64,000 bases of DNA from Octopus vulgaris. Lineage: Eukaryota. The stretch spans positions 68,944,001 through 69,008,000 of the forward strand of contig OX597831.1 of the NCBI GenBank assembly GCA_951406725.2, written 5' to 3'. The notes beneath the pieces are model-generated. The model did not search any database and had not been told where the DNA came from. It saw only the letters and a program-made list of their open reading frames with translations. Within the stretch, counting starts at the first letter, position 1. Every line of letters begins with the position of its first letter. Made by a program: the position numbers and the translations under genes. Below, one piece after another: positions 33,599 through 47,530 of the stretch.

Positions 33599-36500
33599 CA
33601 GTGGCAAACTGGGTCCAAAAATATTGCTTGCCAGGAGACTAAGGGGGCCCCGTAACTAGAATGCTATCATTTAATTTTATAATAAATAAATAAAATTTGC
33701 AAAAGATTCATAAGTGGAAACAAAAAGGTGCAATTTAAATTTTTGTGAATAAAATGTATATTTTTTCAATAATTACAATGTAGATGTACTGTACATATTA
33801 CTGGCAGTATACAGTAATACCAACTGTAGATTCAGAATGAATTTTTGGTGCCCCAGCATGGCCGCGGCCTTCGGGCTAAAATATTTTTAAGGATTTAAGG
33901 ATAAATGCTTTGGTGAATATATATTATAGTATAGTATTATTTTGGACGTGTACTGTCATTTTGGACATGTTTAACCAAACTGAAAGTAAAAACCAATAAA
34001 TCTATAAATCAATTTCATTATTTTTAATGAAGATATTTTACTGTCAAAGAAATAATTATGTTTTCTTATGAAAATTATGGCATTGTAGCGAGAACCATGT
34101 CTTCATACACATACATTATTTGTTTGTTTGTTTGCTTTTTATGAAAGAGATTTCTTTCAAACAACCTGTTGATATATTGTTTTTAATTAAACGTACATAT
34201 GCCAAGAATTCTATCACCACCACTTCGATTGCTCCAAATCATCTAAAAATAAAGGATAAATTTACAGGATTTTGATTTCTTTTTCTTTTAATATTTAACT
34301 TCCTTCGATTATTATTTTTTCCCTGCTCTTGCCATTACTCTTTTTTATAAAACCCTTATAGCATTTTGAAAATAACAGTATATTATACATGTACCAATTT
34401 TTTAAAGTTTTAAATGATTGGTGGGTATTTTAAAATAGTTTACTTGTACTGCACACTTCACACGTTAACAAATAAATCAAGTGTACAAAACTTGTATTAC
34501 ATGCAATCCACTTTATTAAGAGCAATTGCTTGAGTTCACTGGTTGATTGTGCAAATCTGTCAATAATTGCTTCTGTATCCAATTCAGCTAACAATTCATT
34601 TTCAATGGATAACAACATGTATTCTTCCAAGTTCTCATCAGACAGCAGATTCTTATCCTTGTCTTTATGATCTATAACTTTGAAAACGTCCTCTCACATT
34701 GGATTTGGGTAACTAATAGTGTGCAGATGACTTTATAAAGTTCATAAAGTTATCATAGGCATAGGAGTGGCTGTGTGGTAAGTAGCTTGCTTACGAACCA
34801 CATGGTTCTGGGTTCAAGTCCCACTATGTGGCACCTTGGGCAGGTGTCTTCTACTATAGCCTCGGGCCGACCAAAGCCTTGTGAGTGGATTTGGTAGTCG
34901 GAAACTGAAAGAAGCCCGTCGTATATATGTATATATGTTTGTCCACCCAACATCGCTTGACAACCAATGCTGGTGTGTTTACATCCCCATAACTTAGCGG
35001 TTCGGCAAAAGAGACCGATAGAATAAGTACTGGGCTTACAAAGAATAAGTCCCGGGGTCGATTTGCTCGACTAAAGGTGGTGCTCCAGCATGGCCACAGT
35101 CAAATGACTGAAACAAGTAAAAGAGTAAAAGAGTAAAAAGAGTAAAGAGATATGCCTTGTCATGAGGTTTGTTGGATGCCAGAATTTTTAGTATACACAA
35201 TGGGCAAGAAATAGTTTTAATACATCAAAATTTGAAGCAAAAGAAGACAATTCCAATCTTACTTGGTCTTTGCCGATTTGTGGAAGCAACTTAATAAAAC
35301 CTTCCAATGTCTCAACTTCACGGCCCTTCTCTGTGATACTTTTAAACTTAACTGGGTCCAAGCAAGATAAATCTTTATACAAGTGTTTGTGCTGTACAAA
35401 TTTTGATTCTAGTGACTTGACAATGCAATCCATTATTATGTTAAACACATTTGCTTGAAAATCAGTGAGAAAATCTGAGGAAATTCCTTCATCATTAACA
35501 AGCTTATCTGCCATTCTTTTCTTCTTCCTCTGTCTCTTAACTGGCAAGGCTGTTTCCAAGCACCACTTTCCAATGTTTGATTTTCATCCATATTCATCTG
35601 TGAAATCTTGTCATTACATTTATTTACAAATCCCAAAGCCTTGCGCTTAATGTTATCCAAATGTTCTTGTCTGTTCCTTCAACTTTGCTGTAGCTGAATC
35701 TACTGAACCCCATGAGTAAACATATCTAACCCACTTGTCTGTAGATAACTTGATAACGGGGCTATAGTTTCAAATATATACAAGTAAGTAAATGCTGAGA
35801 ATATGGTTTCAAACTTTAAATGACTTTGAAGTAAAACATTTGTTTTGGCACCAAACTTGTCTGAATCTTGTATCATTGATAAGCATGTCAACAGATTTAC
35901 AAAAGTACTGACATTAGTGTCATCAAAGTGTCCAAATATAGTTGTTGCGGCATTGGATTTTCCTGACTATCTGGTCTCACCAATTAGCTTCAGCTGCTTC
36001 ATTTTTTTCTTGTCCTAGATGTTTTCCAACAACTTTTATCCACACAGTCATTCTCTTATGTGATGCTTTCACAAAAAGCTGCAAAGTTCTGGAGAAAATT
36101 GAAAACAGAAACTGCAGGTACACAACATTTTATTGATTCAATCATCACCAAATTCAAGACATGAGCATACACCATACAGGGACATATTGATCTGCCACAG
36201 CAGCAGTTTTACTTTGTTAACCATTATGCTGCCCATGGTCAATTCGGGGTCAATTCTAAGACGCCGTAACATTTCAGTCAATAGGTCAAAATGTTCCTTG
36301 TAGCATCATTACTTTGGCTCAACTGAAAGTAGTCACTTGCAGATAACACCTTTAAGCACATACCGAATAATAATGCTAAACTGATTGTTGGATGAAATAT
36401 CTTGTGTTGAATCAACTTGAATAGAATAATATATTGCATGAGAAACTTCATGACCAATTCTTTTTTGAACTGGACATTTGTGTGGATGGTGGTTGTGGTA

Positions 36501-36900
36501 TTATAAAATCTGTAAGAGATCTGCACCACTTGACTGATTCTTGCTTTTCTGCTTCTTGTCGCTCTTTGTGTTTCAGTGATCCAGATTTATGCTTTTTCTT
36601 TTCCATGCTGTTTGGGGTAATATTCCTGATATTAAAATTCAAAACTTAATAAAAAATACTTTACATTGGAAAAAAGGAACATATACAATTTTCTGTACAT
36701 AAATACTAATACATTATTAAGATTACTAGGATAAATATACTAGGATTACATATTTTAAAAATAATATTTTAGTTACTATTTAACCATGTTAGTTGAATGG
36801 CTAAGAATTACTTAAAACCAGGTAAATAGTATTATTCACCCTCACAACCCTATATTATCATTTTTTATGTAGGAGATACAAAAAAAAAAATTGGAACCTT
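33599..36900 (-). pseudogene. Decayed hAT (Tip100/ZMYM1-like) transposon with internal deletions
   Basis: N-terminal KKKHKSGS.K.K; middle LKFETI.AFTYL.IF..PLS.YLQT.GLD and LP.KRQRKKKRM; C-terminal dimerisation-domain-like YMLLSIENELL..LD.E.IIDRFA. A CAGTGGC terminus lies at 33599; the other end was not found. Confidence 0.8.
34756..35148 (+). mobile_element. SINE family A inserted in the hAT transposase
   Basis: Full-length match to family A. Confidence 0.9.
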
Positions 36901-38002
36901 ATCACCTTGGATTTCTTTTCTTCAAGAAATGGCTTCACAACGAACAATAATTCTTAAAGCTAAATATTTTAACCCTTTTATGTCTGCATTTTTTCTGCTC
37001 TTATTACTTTCGATGTCTGAATTTGTAGGTAAAAAATGAAAATCAATATATTTACACATCATGCAGTTAAGGAGAAGAAATAATTGAAGTGAAGTTTCAG
37101 ATCAGGATGCCCGCAAAAGTTTAATTTTCTGTGTTTTGACAGGGATTTTTCCAATTTTATTTTTCACTCATGCCTTTGACGTGATGTGTTTGTGGTGGTG
37201 GTGGCAGAAGGGACTTTTTGAGAAAAATATTTTGAAAAGTTATGATATTTTTTTTCACCTCATCCCCATCCTCCTGGCCGATATTGGCCAACTTTTTGGC
37301 ACTATGCACTTAAAAACCATGACAGAAGCCTTTTTCATAAAAAAATGTAAATATTTTCAAATGGAAAGGTGTGTAATTTAAGGGCGATTTGGCTGTTGTT
37401 TCTAGCACATCCTCATTTCTTTGTCACTGTCACATGTATTGAGGATTTTCCATAACTTTCTTACCATAAGCACATTTTATGGAATGATGACATGGAGGCA
37501 ACACGTGCATGATACATTACAGGGATCTAAGCAACAAAACAAAAAATTTGAAATTTAAACCCACTGCCACCCAACCAAGTGAGGCCGTGTGAGAGTGTGT
37601 GTGTGTATGTGTGTAAGTAACCATATATTTACTGACAGAAAAGAATACTATTAAAATAAATTATCTTTTAGATACCTTTTTTAAAGCACTGTGGATAAAT
37701 TCCAGCATTGATCTTCTCAGGCTCTGTAATATTTTAAAATTATAAACAGAAACAATGAGATGTGAAAAAATCAGAAGTTAACATTTTTTTTTAATACCTT
37801 AAATGTGCTCAGAACGTGAAGATTGACAAAATGCTGCTAAGCATTTCGCCCTGGCATGCTAACAATTCTGCCAGCTTGTTGCCTTAAATTGATGCGGTCT
37901 CATCGAGAATATACATAAAACAACACTTTTACAGCTTTATACTAAATAAGCATTGTAGAAATTATCTAAAAGTTTCCCTATCTCTACCCAAAATCTCCAC
38001 AT

Positions 38003-38175
38003 GATGGGCTTCTTTCAGTTTCTGTCTACCAGTTTCTGTCTACCAAATCCACTCACAAGGATTTGGTTGGCCCAAGGCTATTGTTGTAGCAGACACTTGC
38101 CCAACGTACCATGCAGTGCGACTGAATCTGGAACCATGGGCTTAGGAAGCAAGCTTCTTACCACACAGCCACTGC
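38003..38175 (-). mobile_element. SINE family A, 5' half
   Basis: gggcttctttcagtttc...cttaccacacagccact, with a 15-bp internal duplication cagtttctgtctacc. Confidence 0.8.
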
Positions 38176-38488
38176 TGTAAGTTTGATTAAATTTTATTTT
38201 ATTTTTAAGATAATTAAACTAAATGTTTATACCATTTTGTGCTGCTCACACGATGAGTATTTCTGCCAAGTGTGGTGAAAATCTGTTTGGCCATTTTCCA
38301 GTAATTTTGCAAACACACAGACAAACAGACGAAGACAGGTGATTACAATACTCCTGCTTTCACGTACATGCACACGGTAGTAATATTCTTGTTTAAGAAT
38401 AATAAATTTGTCCTCTACAAAAGTATAGAGTAACTCACCAAATTAATGTAAAATTGCTTTTATTATAACTGAACATAAAAACAAATAT

Positions 38489-38530
<42 letters not shown>

Positions 38531-38673
38531 ACACGCACATACATTTTTCATTATTAAACTTGTATTTAGAAGTCTACTATCATCATCATCATTATTATCA
38601 TTATCATTATTAATGAATTGTTAGTGATAAATCTCATCTGTATTAATATTAACTTCTTGCAAACATACTGAAC

Positions 38674-38860
38674 TATGATGGGGTGCTGAAAAGTTCCTCA
38701 CTTCAAGAAGAGGCCTGGTTGGAGGGCCCAACCTTCTGAGTTCTTTGAAAAACTGAAGGACCACTGCAATAAGTGTTGTGAATCTGAGAGGGGAATGTGT
38801 TGAATAAAATCATAATTAACTGATCTTCCTGTATTCTCTTTTACCCAAAGCCAGGAATTT
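38674..38860. mobile_element. Mariner-like MITE remnant
   Basis: tatgatggggtgctgaaaagttcct at the left end, with a partial inverted aggaatttt.ca at ~38853. Confidence 0.45.
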
Positions 38861-39574
38861 TGCAGAGATTTACTGGAGTCAACTGAATAAAACTTGGTAG
38901 ATTATTGATACTTATTTTATCAATCCTAGAATGGTGATATTTAGAGTCAACTCTATCAAGATTTCAACTTGGAACTTAGAAAGAAGAAACTCTATTATTT
39001 ATATAACATTTTTCCATAGATAATTAGAATTAAAAGATATTTAGATATATTTTTTGTATAGAATCTGTACTTTAGGCCATTAGATTTTATATATGAGCTT
39101 TCAATTAGCCACTATCAATATAATAATTCAAACGGCAAGATCATTCAAGATCACATCATTATTGATTTTACCATAATGTTATCTGAATCCTATATCACTG
39201 AAGTGAAGTTATTTATCTTACTCTTGATTATCAAGGGTAGCATCAGTTGCTTCTGTTTAATCTTGGCTGAAGTCTCATCCATTAATGATATTTTAGAGAA
39301 CCACTGACCATCAAATAGATGGCAAAATAGTTTAAAACTATAAGTATTTAGAAATTGACAGTTTTTCTTAAATGTAATTTGTCCATTCAAATTCAGCAGA
39401 GGTTACATCAGAGAATCTGGTTTGTAAATTAATGCTTATAATATAATCAACAGCTACAGTTCTATGGGTTGGTTGGTTTAGTAGTAACTAAAATATCAAC
39501 CAATTCCATGTTCCTGCAGTTTAGAATAATTTTACTTTGAAAATTCTCAAATATTTTACTGGCCAGAGCAACAA

Positions 39575-39952
39575 GCTGGCCTCTGTGTCAATGGCACGTT
39601 AAGCACACCATTCGAGCGTGATCATTACCACGTCGCCTTACTAGCACTTGTGCTGGTGGCATGTGAAATATTTGAGCGAGGTCGTCGCCAGTGCCGCTGG
39701 ACTGGCTCCTGTGCAGGTGGCACGTAAAAAGCACCATTTGGGCATGGCTGTTGCCAGTACTACCAAACTGGCCCTCGTGCCGGTGGCACGTAAAAGCACC
39801 CACTACACTCTCGGAGTGGTTGGTGTTAGGAAGGGCATCCAGCTGTAGAAACTCTGCCAGATCAGATTGGAGTCTGGTTCGCTACACCTTAGTCAAATGG
39901 TCCAACCCATGCTAGCATGGAAAGCGGACGTTAAATGATGATGATGATGATG
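39575..39952 (+). mobile_element. RTE 3' end (family C)
   Basis: Four ggtggcacgtaaaagcac-type modules, the 3' box and (GAT)n. Confidence 0.85.
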
Positions 39953-39989
39953 TGACAAACACAGTGCTTTATAATAAACACACCATCCC

Positions 39990-40830
39990 CAGCACTGTGA
40001 CAAACTGATCTGCATTGTCAGTTTTGACAGCTCCAGCTGGCAACAGATCAAACAGTCTATTATATTTGATCAGATTGGTCTCTGGTCTGCAGTGGATCTG
40101 GCTCTGCTGGTTGATCTATCCTCGATCTCCTCCTGTTGCACCTGTGTTGGTAAAATATTCCATGGGATAGCTGAACCTGACGTGCCCCAGGCAACGGAAT
40201 CAGCCCTTGCTGTTAGGACCGCTGATGGGCTTGCCATCCCCTAGAATATAGATGTCCAATGCAACTGGGACAGCATCAGCTGCAAGACCTCCCTTGAATG
40301 GCTTGAGACATTGCCTGCCTCCATTCCACCTTGCAACCAACAATCAGAGCATGGCTCAGTTCTGGGCCCTCAATATCTACTGATATCTAGGTGGCCCAAC
40401 GCCTCGCTCTCTGCATGTATGAGCTGCACAAATTTTGCTACAAAGTGGTAGTAGACGTATTCAGCTTCATCCTTTATCCTGCAGACTTGGCTGATTCTCC
40501 CAACATGCCACTCTGAACGACATAATCAGAAGGTGCCTTGAAGTGGCTGGCTTCCGATCTCAACTCAAGTACCTGCTTCTCATTCAAAGGAGGCAGACCC
40601 CTAATCTGGGACGTGATATGTAGAGACATGTTCTCCAGTTCCAAACTTTCAGCATCTGTTGCAACAAATTCTAGTGTCATTGCCTATAATGTGGAAAAGA
40701 GAAAAATCAATAAGTACAGGAGCCTGCTATCAGTTTGTGTCAGTTACTGTCAAGACGTTAGGTATCCTAGGATGAACCCCATGCTACCACCTTCCTCTGC
40801 AAAATAGGGATAACAGTGGTCTGTCAGAGA
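39990..40830 (+). pseudogene. Decayed CRE-like non-LTR retrotransposon C-terminus (RLE domain)
   Basis: FKGGRPLIWDVICRDMFSSS.L...A...EKRKINKY.SL resembles the CRE-clade PW..G..L.WD.T..DT.A...AE..K..KY..L; upstream Q..WD and AWL motifs. Confidence 0.65.
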
Positions 40831-41104
40831 AATGAGCCCTGTGAGGGGAAGTGACTACTGCAGTGATTGTCAGTGACCATTCTCTGTGGCAATGCCGTTG
40901 CAGTCATTACTGCAGGGCATGGTTGAGCACTCCACTTGTTTTGGGATATGTGACCCATTGGCCCTCCCTCTCTACCTTCTGCTGCTTTGTCCCCGCCTTT
41001 TCTCTCTTTTTTATTTTCTTTTTCTTTATATTTTAAAGTGTTTATTAGTAAAGTATTGCCTTCAAATTCTAAAAATAAAAAATAAACCAACTCATTAGTC
41101 TATT

Positions 41105-41172
41105 ATGGCGGTGCCCCAGCATGGCCACAGCTTGTGAGCTGAAACTAGATAGAAATAAAAAATAAATAAATA
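41105..41172 (+). mobile_element. Extremely 5'-truncated LINE tail (stem-loop plus A-rich repeat)
   Basis: atggcggtgccccagcatggccacagcttgtgagctgaaac; near-identical at 52621, related at 33847. Confidence 0.65.
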
Positions 41173-41620
41173 GTGTGCAATGATGGAACACATATTCTTA
41201 TGTTTATAACTTATTTAGTCTTGATATAGAACAATATTTGATTATTAATTCATGCACTTAAAATGGATAATGATTCTATTAGATTCCATGTTAGTCATGG
41301 CATTTTATAAATAAATTCTGTAATTAAGTATAGCTTTTATTCAACTTTTATAAACATAAGAAGATTGTTAATAGATATCTACAGTCAGTTTATAATAAAA
41401 AAAAATGTAATCTTTATGCTAATAATGATTTTCCATTAAGGATTGCTTACATCCAAGAGAAGACATTATTGATATCTTTCTATATGCATATATATTAAAA
41501 ATTTCAAATACTGAACATTTTTTTAACCCGTGCTTCAGAAAGCCTGCTAAGGAACAACATTTGTTGCAACATTGAATATGAAAAACAAAATTAAAATGCT
41601 GGAAAATAATCTTGGCAATG

Positions 41621-41621
<1 letters not shown>

Positions 41622-41651
<30 letters not shown>

Positions 41652-41803
41652 CATACATACATACATACATACATACATACGTACATATGTACATACATAC
41701 ATATGTACATACATACATACATACATACATACATACGTACATATGTACATACATACATATGTACATACGTACATACATACACACATACATACACACATAC
41801 ATA

Positions 41804-41835
<32 letters not shown>
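41622..41835 (+). repeat. (TACA)n/(CA)n compound microsatellite
   Basis: Directly visible. Confidence 0.95.
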
Positions 41836-42490
41836 TCATAAGCAGTTTGTCGGAAAATGTCATCACAGTATTATCTACTGATGAGACATGATGTTGTAGC
41901 TAGGACACTTTATAATGAAATCTGTCACAAGGATAACATCGAGGACAAAAAATAAAAACCCATGGTATGGTAGAAGTCATAGCCACTCATAATAAAATGT
42001 CCCAGCTCAATTCATTATCAAGTCAACAGTAGTTGTTACATAACTGAAAATAGGTCTCTGCAACACAGCCCAGAACCACAAGATATTCCAGTCTCAACTC
42101 TGAAAGATATCAAAACAGTTCTGTTGAACATTGAAACTGTTTGGTCTGGAATATATATTTATCTTACAGTGAACTGAACCATCAGATCTTCCGGCCTTGT
42201 ATAGAAACATTTGTCATAGAAGGGAAGGGCAATATTTATAGATGTGCAGATCCTCTCAGATTGGATAAAATGTTCTAGTTAATATTCAGCTTAGGAGGGT
42301 GAGTTATTAGGCATTCAAGCTTCACTTGAATAACAGTGGGGTCAGTAACTAAATGTGGCTAATTGTTTGATCCTTTGATCATGTGGCTATTTTGCATGTC
42401 TCAAATAGGAACTTAGAAATATCAAAAAATACATATTAGCGACAGAGGCAGTATTAATACCAAGACGTAATATTTATCCCCATTCGAATT

Positions 42491-42906
42491 ACTCTTTACT
42501 CTTTTACTTGTTTCAGTCATTTAACTGCGGCTATGCTGGAGCACCACCTTTAATCGAGCAACTCGACCCCAGGACTTATTCTTTTGTAAGCCCAGTACTT
42601 ATTCTATCGGTCTCTTTTGCCGAACCGCTAAGTTACAGGGACGTAAACACACCAGCATCGGTTGTCAAGCAATGCTAGGGGGACAAACACAGACACACAA
42701 ACACACACATGCATATATATATATACATATATACATATATACGACGGGCTTCTTTCAGTTTCCGTCTACTAAATCCACTCACAAGGCTTTGGTCGGCCCG
42801 AGGCTATAGTAGAAGACACTTGCTCAAGGTGCCACGCAGTGGGACTGAACCCGGAACCATGTGGTTGGTAAACAAGCTACTTACCACACAGCCACTCCTG
42901 CGCCTA
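42491..42906 (-). mobile_element. SINE family A
   Basis: Near-identical to 727-1136. Confidence 0.9.
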
Positions 42907-43974
42907 TGTGGATGTTCTATTAGAACAGACGATGCTGTGGTAGATACGACGAAAGAAATTCTCATATTGGATTTTGGAGAAAAATGCACTCTTGCTCATA
43001 TCACAAGTGGGGAGATAAATCCCTGACACCTCAGATCCCATGATTTTGATCTTCCTTGGTCTTCTCAGTGATGGATGCTCAGCTGCTACAGATAGCAGCG
43101 ACTCATCTCCCCACCAGTGATATAAAGAAAGACAGTGCCAGAATGAATGCTGGTGTTGCGATTTGCCAGGGACCGTGTTAGAGCAACTATTACTGAAAAA
43201 ATGTGTAATATTACTTGATTATAGTAGTAGCAGCTGTAGTAGTAGATATAATAGTAATAGTTAGGTAACAGCAATCATATTTGTGCATAACACTTCATGT
43301 ATGTAAATGTATCTTTATTAGTGAGTACACTCACCACCAGTCGCTATTCAGTCCAAATAAGGATCATTCATGAGATGTGACTCTCAGCACACAATTAGAC
43401 TCAGAAAGGCTGTGAGGAACACATTGACCAAATTTTCTGACTTTCCTGATGGCATGCAGGTGTCAATGAATGGTTGAATGACCTAATCCAAACATCTCGG
43501 CTAGTTCCTCAACACATACAGTCTTAGATTTAGTAGTTGATAAAGAGATAAATGAATTAGAAATGAATTACAATCCCTTACAACATTATGAAACCACTAG
43601 GCTCCATGAAATTCTTGGAAGTGTACTCTATATTCTTAGCTACAAAAACAACAACATGAATTTCTTTCATCTTCTTGCTCTGTTAAAATATTTGAGAAAA
43701 ATTATATTACTGTGTCCTACTCGTTAAAACTCTATTTGTGCAGCAGAAGATGGCACTGCATCTTAATTGATGTAATGATTGCATTGTTCAATTATGTGGA
43801 GCCACTTGAAATGGTCATATTGCATCACAACTTGACATCCTATTGCTTATTTTAGTTTTATTCACCTTACTTCAAGCTGTGCATATAATACTGGACTGAC
43901 ATGATGCTTCAACTTAAGTACCTAATTCAACTGAATCTCAATTATATATATATATATATTATATATATATATAT

Positions 43975-44196
43975 ATCTGTAAAATAATATGTGACAATTA
44001 TTCAATAGCCAAGATAATACTCTGAGTTTCGGATGCCGAAGTGGAAATCCACAACACCATCTCTTCGGTTATTCGAAACTCAGAGTTATATCTTGGCTAT
44101 TGAATAATTGTCACATATTATTTTACAGATAAATTTCCTCTATTCACATAATATTCAGGTCTCTTTCTTTCTTTTGTTATTTTACTGCTTTTACTA
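43975..44196. mobile_element. Fold-back hammerhead element, family D (copy 2)
   Basis: Inverted arms 43975-44031 and 44074-44130. Minus strand 44072-44014 reads ataa-CCGAAGA-gatg...catc-c-GAAA-CTCAGAG-TA-ttat. Flanked by (TA)n. Confidence 0.75.
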
Positions 44197-44249
44197 TATA
44201 TATATGCATATATTTACATATACATATTTGTATATATATATATCTGTGT

Positions 44250-45050
44250 GTGTGAAGTTGTATTTGTCCCCTACTGCTTAACAACTGGTGTTGGTTTGTT
44301 TATGTCCTGATAACTTTGCAGTTTGGCATAAATGACTGATAGAATAAATACCAGGCTTAACCCCGCCACACACCTACATGCACACACTCACTCACTCTCT
44401 CTCTCTCTCTCTCACCCCCCCCACTCACACACACACTCACCCACCCCCCAAGTACTGGTATTGATTCATTTCACTAAAACCTTTTAAAGTAGGGCTGCAT
44501 CATTGCTGGTCATTCAATGACTTCAACAAGTAAAAGATAAAAGTTGTTCTTTAGCCACAGGTCAGGCTTTGTAAACCAGCTCTGTAATGTAAAATACCCT
44601 TAGACACAGTGCATGTTATCTTATGTATTTTTCCCTTTTTTAAGATGGCAAAGTATGATTTTTAAGTAGGTTTGTATAATACTTCTATTAGAATAGCACC
44701 TGTATAAAGGCTACTTTGTTGGCTTGATTCCAATATAACAACAGTGGTACATAATTTAGCTGTATGGTTGAATATCTTCTACTGTAGCTTTGGGTTGACC
44801 AAGTAAAGTGTCTATGGAATTTGGTCGTCAGAAACTAAATTGAATCCCATCTCATGTATATGTGTGTGTGTATGTGTGTGTGTGCATTTGCATTTGAGTT
44901 TTACCTCTTTGTTGCCCATAACTTAGCAGTTTGATAGAGATTGATAAAATAAATATACCAGACTAAAATACCTCCAAGGATTGATATGATTAATGGACTC
45001 ACAAAATCAGTGCCCTAGCAGTACTTTGAGATAAGTGAAGACAATAAAAT
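44250..45050 (+). mobile_element. Two old, decayed SINE family A copies
   Basis: Diverged acaactggtgttggtttgtttatgtc...gatagaataa and tcttctactgtagc...gaaactaaa blocks. Confidence 0.6.
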
Positions 45051-45155
45051 ATAAGTGATATAGAAACTATATTTCTCTCAGTTATCAGTATTGCTTTAAT
45101 GTTTTAATAGTGATAACTGATGGAAACAATTAAATCAGTAAAGTTTACAATAATT

Positions 45156-45160
<5 letters not shown>

Positions 45161-45212
<52 letters not shown>
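45161..45212 (+). repeat. (AG)n microsatellite
   Basis: Directly visible. Confidence 0.95.
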
Positions 45213-45213
<1 letters not shown>

Positions 45214-46056
45214 AAGATAGAGTGAGACTATTGCATCAATCCTAATATCCTAATGTAGATATGACCAAAATCTTGCAAGCATTGAAACATGAGTGCATCT
45301 ACTTCACATTTTTGATGTGCCTGTTTACTTTTTGCTTCAAATATTCGCATCTCTTGGAAAAACATTTTGTCTGATTTATTTTATATAAATTTAAACTTCA
45401 ATCAATTCTAATTTGATATATATTTTAGCTTCAGACATAATCATAGCTTAAATTGCTAAAGAAAAATCTTCAAAAAGTGACTCAGGCGCTAAATGAGGTA
45501 TTGGATATTTTTCTTTTGATATTTGCAACAAAAAATTAAATGAAAGATATGTTCAAATATAGAATATACTTATAAACGATGCTTTTATTCCAATTAATAT
45601 GGTAAAATCTTTGTTTGTAGTATTAATAGGCTACCAATCTAGATCGTTTTATATTGGAAACCGAATATTATGTAAAATAGTTTACTTTAAAGTAGACAAA
45701 ATTCTATATGTATGTATTTTCATTTCACAAATCACATTTAGAAAATTAGAATTATTTGTGGTTGTAGCATTTAAAATGAACATATTGATGGATGGTTGAA
45801 ATTAGCTTTTTTATAAGATTTTTTTTCAGTTATATATTCACTATTGACAAACTAAAATTCAACTATACTAATATGCTTCCTACAAGATGCAGATGGTTAA
45901 GGTGCTGAGAAACCAAACTGCAAGATCAAGATTTAGATAGTTCATGTTCAAACACAAACTGTTCAGTATCTTCTCACCCTTTAGCCTTCAGATTGCTCCA
46001 TCAAACGTAATGCTTATTTGTTCACATTAATTGTGCATTGTGTCATAACTTCAGGA

Positions 46057-46440
46057 GTGGAGGCGCAATGGCCCAGTGGTTAGGGCAGCGGACTCACGGT
46101 CATAGGATCGTGGTTTCGATTCCCAGACCGGGCGTTGTGAGTGTTTATTGAGCGAAAACACCTAAAGCTCCACGAGGCTCCGGCAGGGGATGGTGGTGAT
46201 CCCTGCTGTACTCTTTCACCACAACTTTCTCTCACTCTTACTTCCTGTTTCTGTTGTACCTGTATTTCAAAGGGCCGGCCTTGTCACTCTCTGTGTCACG
46301 CTGAATATCCCCAAGAACTACGTTAAGGGTGCACGTGTCTGTGGAGTGCTCAGCCACTTACACGTTAATTTCACGAGCAGGCTGTTCCATTGATTCGGAT
46401 CAACCAGAACCCTCATCGTTGTAACCGATGGAGTGCTTCC
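46057..46440 (+). mobile_element. tRNA(Arg)-like SINE family F, full-length
   Basis: Near-identical to 31560-31942. 10-bp TSD aacttcagga at 46047-46056 and 46441-46450. Confidence 0.92.
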
Positions 46441-47361
46441 AACTTCAGGATTTCAATGATGTTAAAGTGGCTGTTGTTGGCTGTTCAAGTACATGTTATT
46501 AAATGGAAAAACAGTTAGTATGAATCACCATAAGACATTTTTGTGTATAAATATATTGTTTATTCTGTGTTCACCTTTTGTGGTGGAAACATGTTAGTAT
46601 GATATAAGAACATGTCTGTTTACATACAAAGAAAGTTTTGATTTTTGCTTTTGCACTGAAAGAAGTAACATACAATATTTGTATTACAGTATGTATGCAT
46701 GTGAGCAATGAGAACAGTCATTTTGAGAATGTGTGTGTGATGAAATATCTTCACTTATGAACCATATATCATGTGTCGAGGTGAATAGACATATGAGTCA
46801 CACATGGGAGATTGCGCATGGACCTGCAGAGAAGACATGTGTCTTTGACCAAAGCCTGGTAGGAACTGAGGTCGTTCTACAGTGTAGCTCAGAACGAGGC
46901 TAGTATATCAAAGCGAGGCTAGTTGCCTCATCGATATATTTGCCTGCTGAGCAGGTTGGCTCATACATTACTATGCCTAAGTTATGTAGCTCTTCTACAA
47001 TGTGGTTGTTTCTTTTTAGAATGACATTGTAGTGAAGGTTTGACCAGCTGCATATAGCTGGTTTGAATATAAAACAGGTAGAATATGTGGTCCACGTGAG
47101 GCTGGTTCGAATGATAAAGGTTTACACAGCTTGTTGCAAATATTATCACTTTGCAAATTAGTACAATATACGGTGCAGATTGCAACAATTTGTAGCAGAA
47201 TTTCAAGAAAATTAAAAGTATATTCTGTTAACTTCAAGTGCTGAGTTTCCTCATCTATGTGTCCAGAGCATAGACAAAAGGCTTTTTTCCAAATACTGTT
47301 TCAATCACCATCACACTGATACATTTAAGGTATCCCTGAACTAAATAGTTTGGTACAAAAA

Positions 47362-47530
47362 TAACAAGCTGCCGGACGAGATAGTGAAGATGCCAATGAC
47401 CGCGCGGTTCAAAGTCTTTCTTGACCAGAAATGGCCTGAACTCTTTGTATGAACACCCTCCCTGTAAATAACTCCATGTCCCCCTACATGGCCTTGCTTT
47501 TGCTTTTTTGAGCCAAAAAAATTAAATTGA
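47362..47530 (+). mobile_element. CR1-like LINE extreme 3' end
   Basis: NKLPDEIVKMPMTARFKVFLDQKWPELFV* resembles WN.LP..VV....FK..LD; short UTR and A-rich tail follow. Confidence 0.65.

Noticed and set aside
41419-41891. Stack of overlapping MYVC/HTYI ORFs (also 53704-54063)
   Set aside because: Microsatellite translations.
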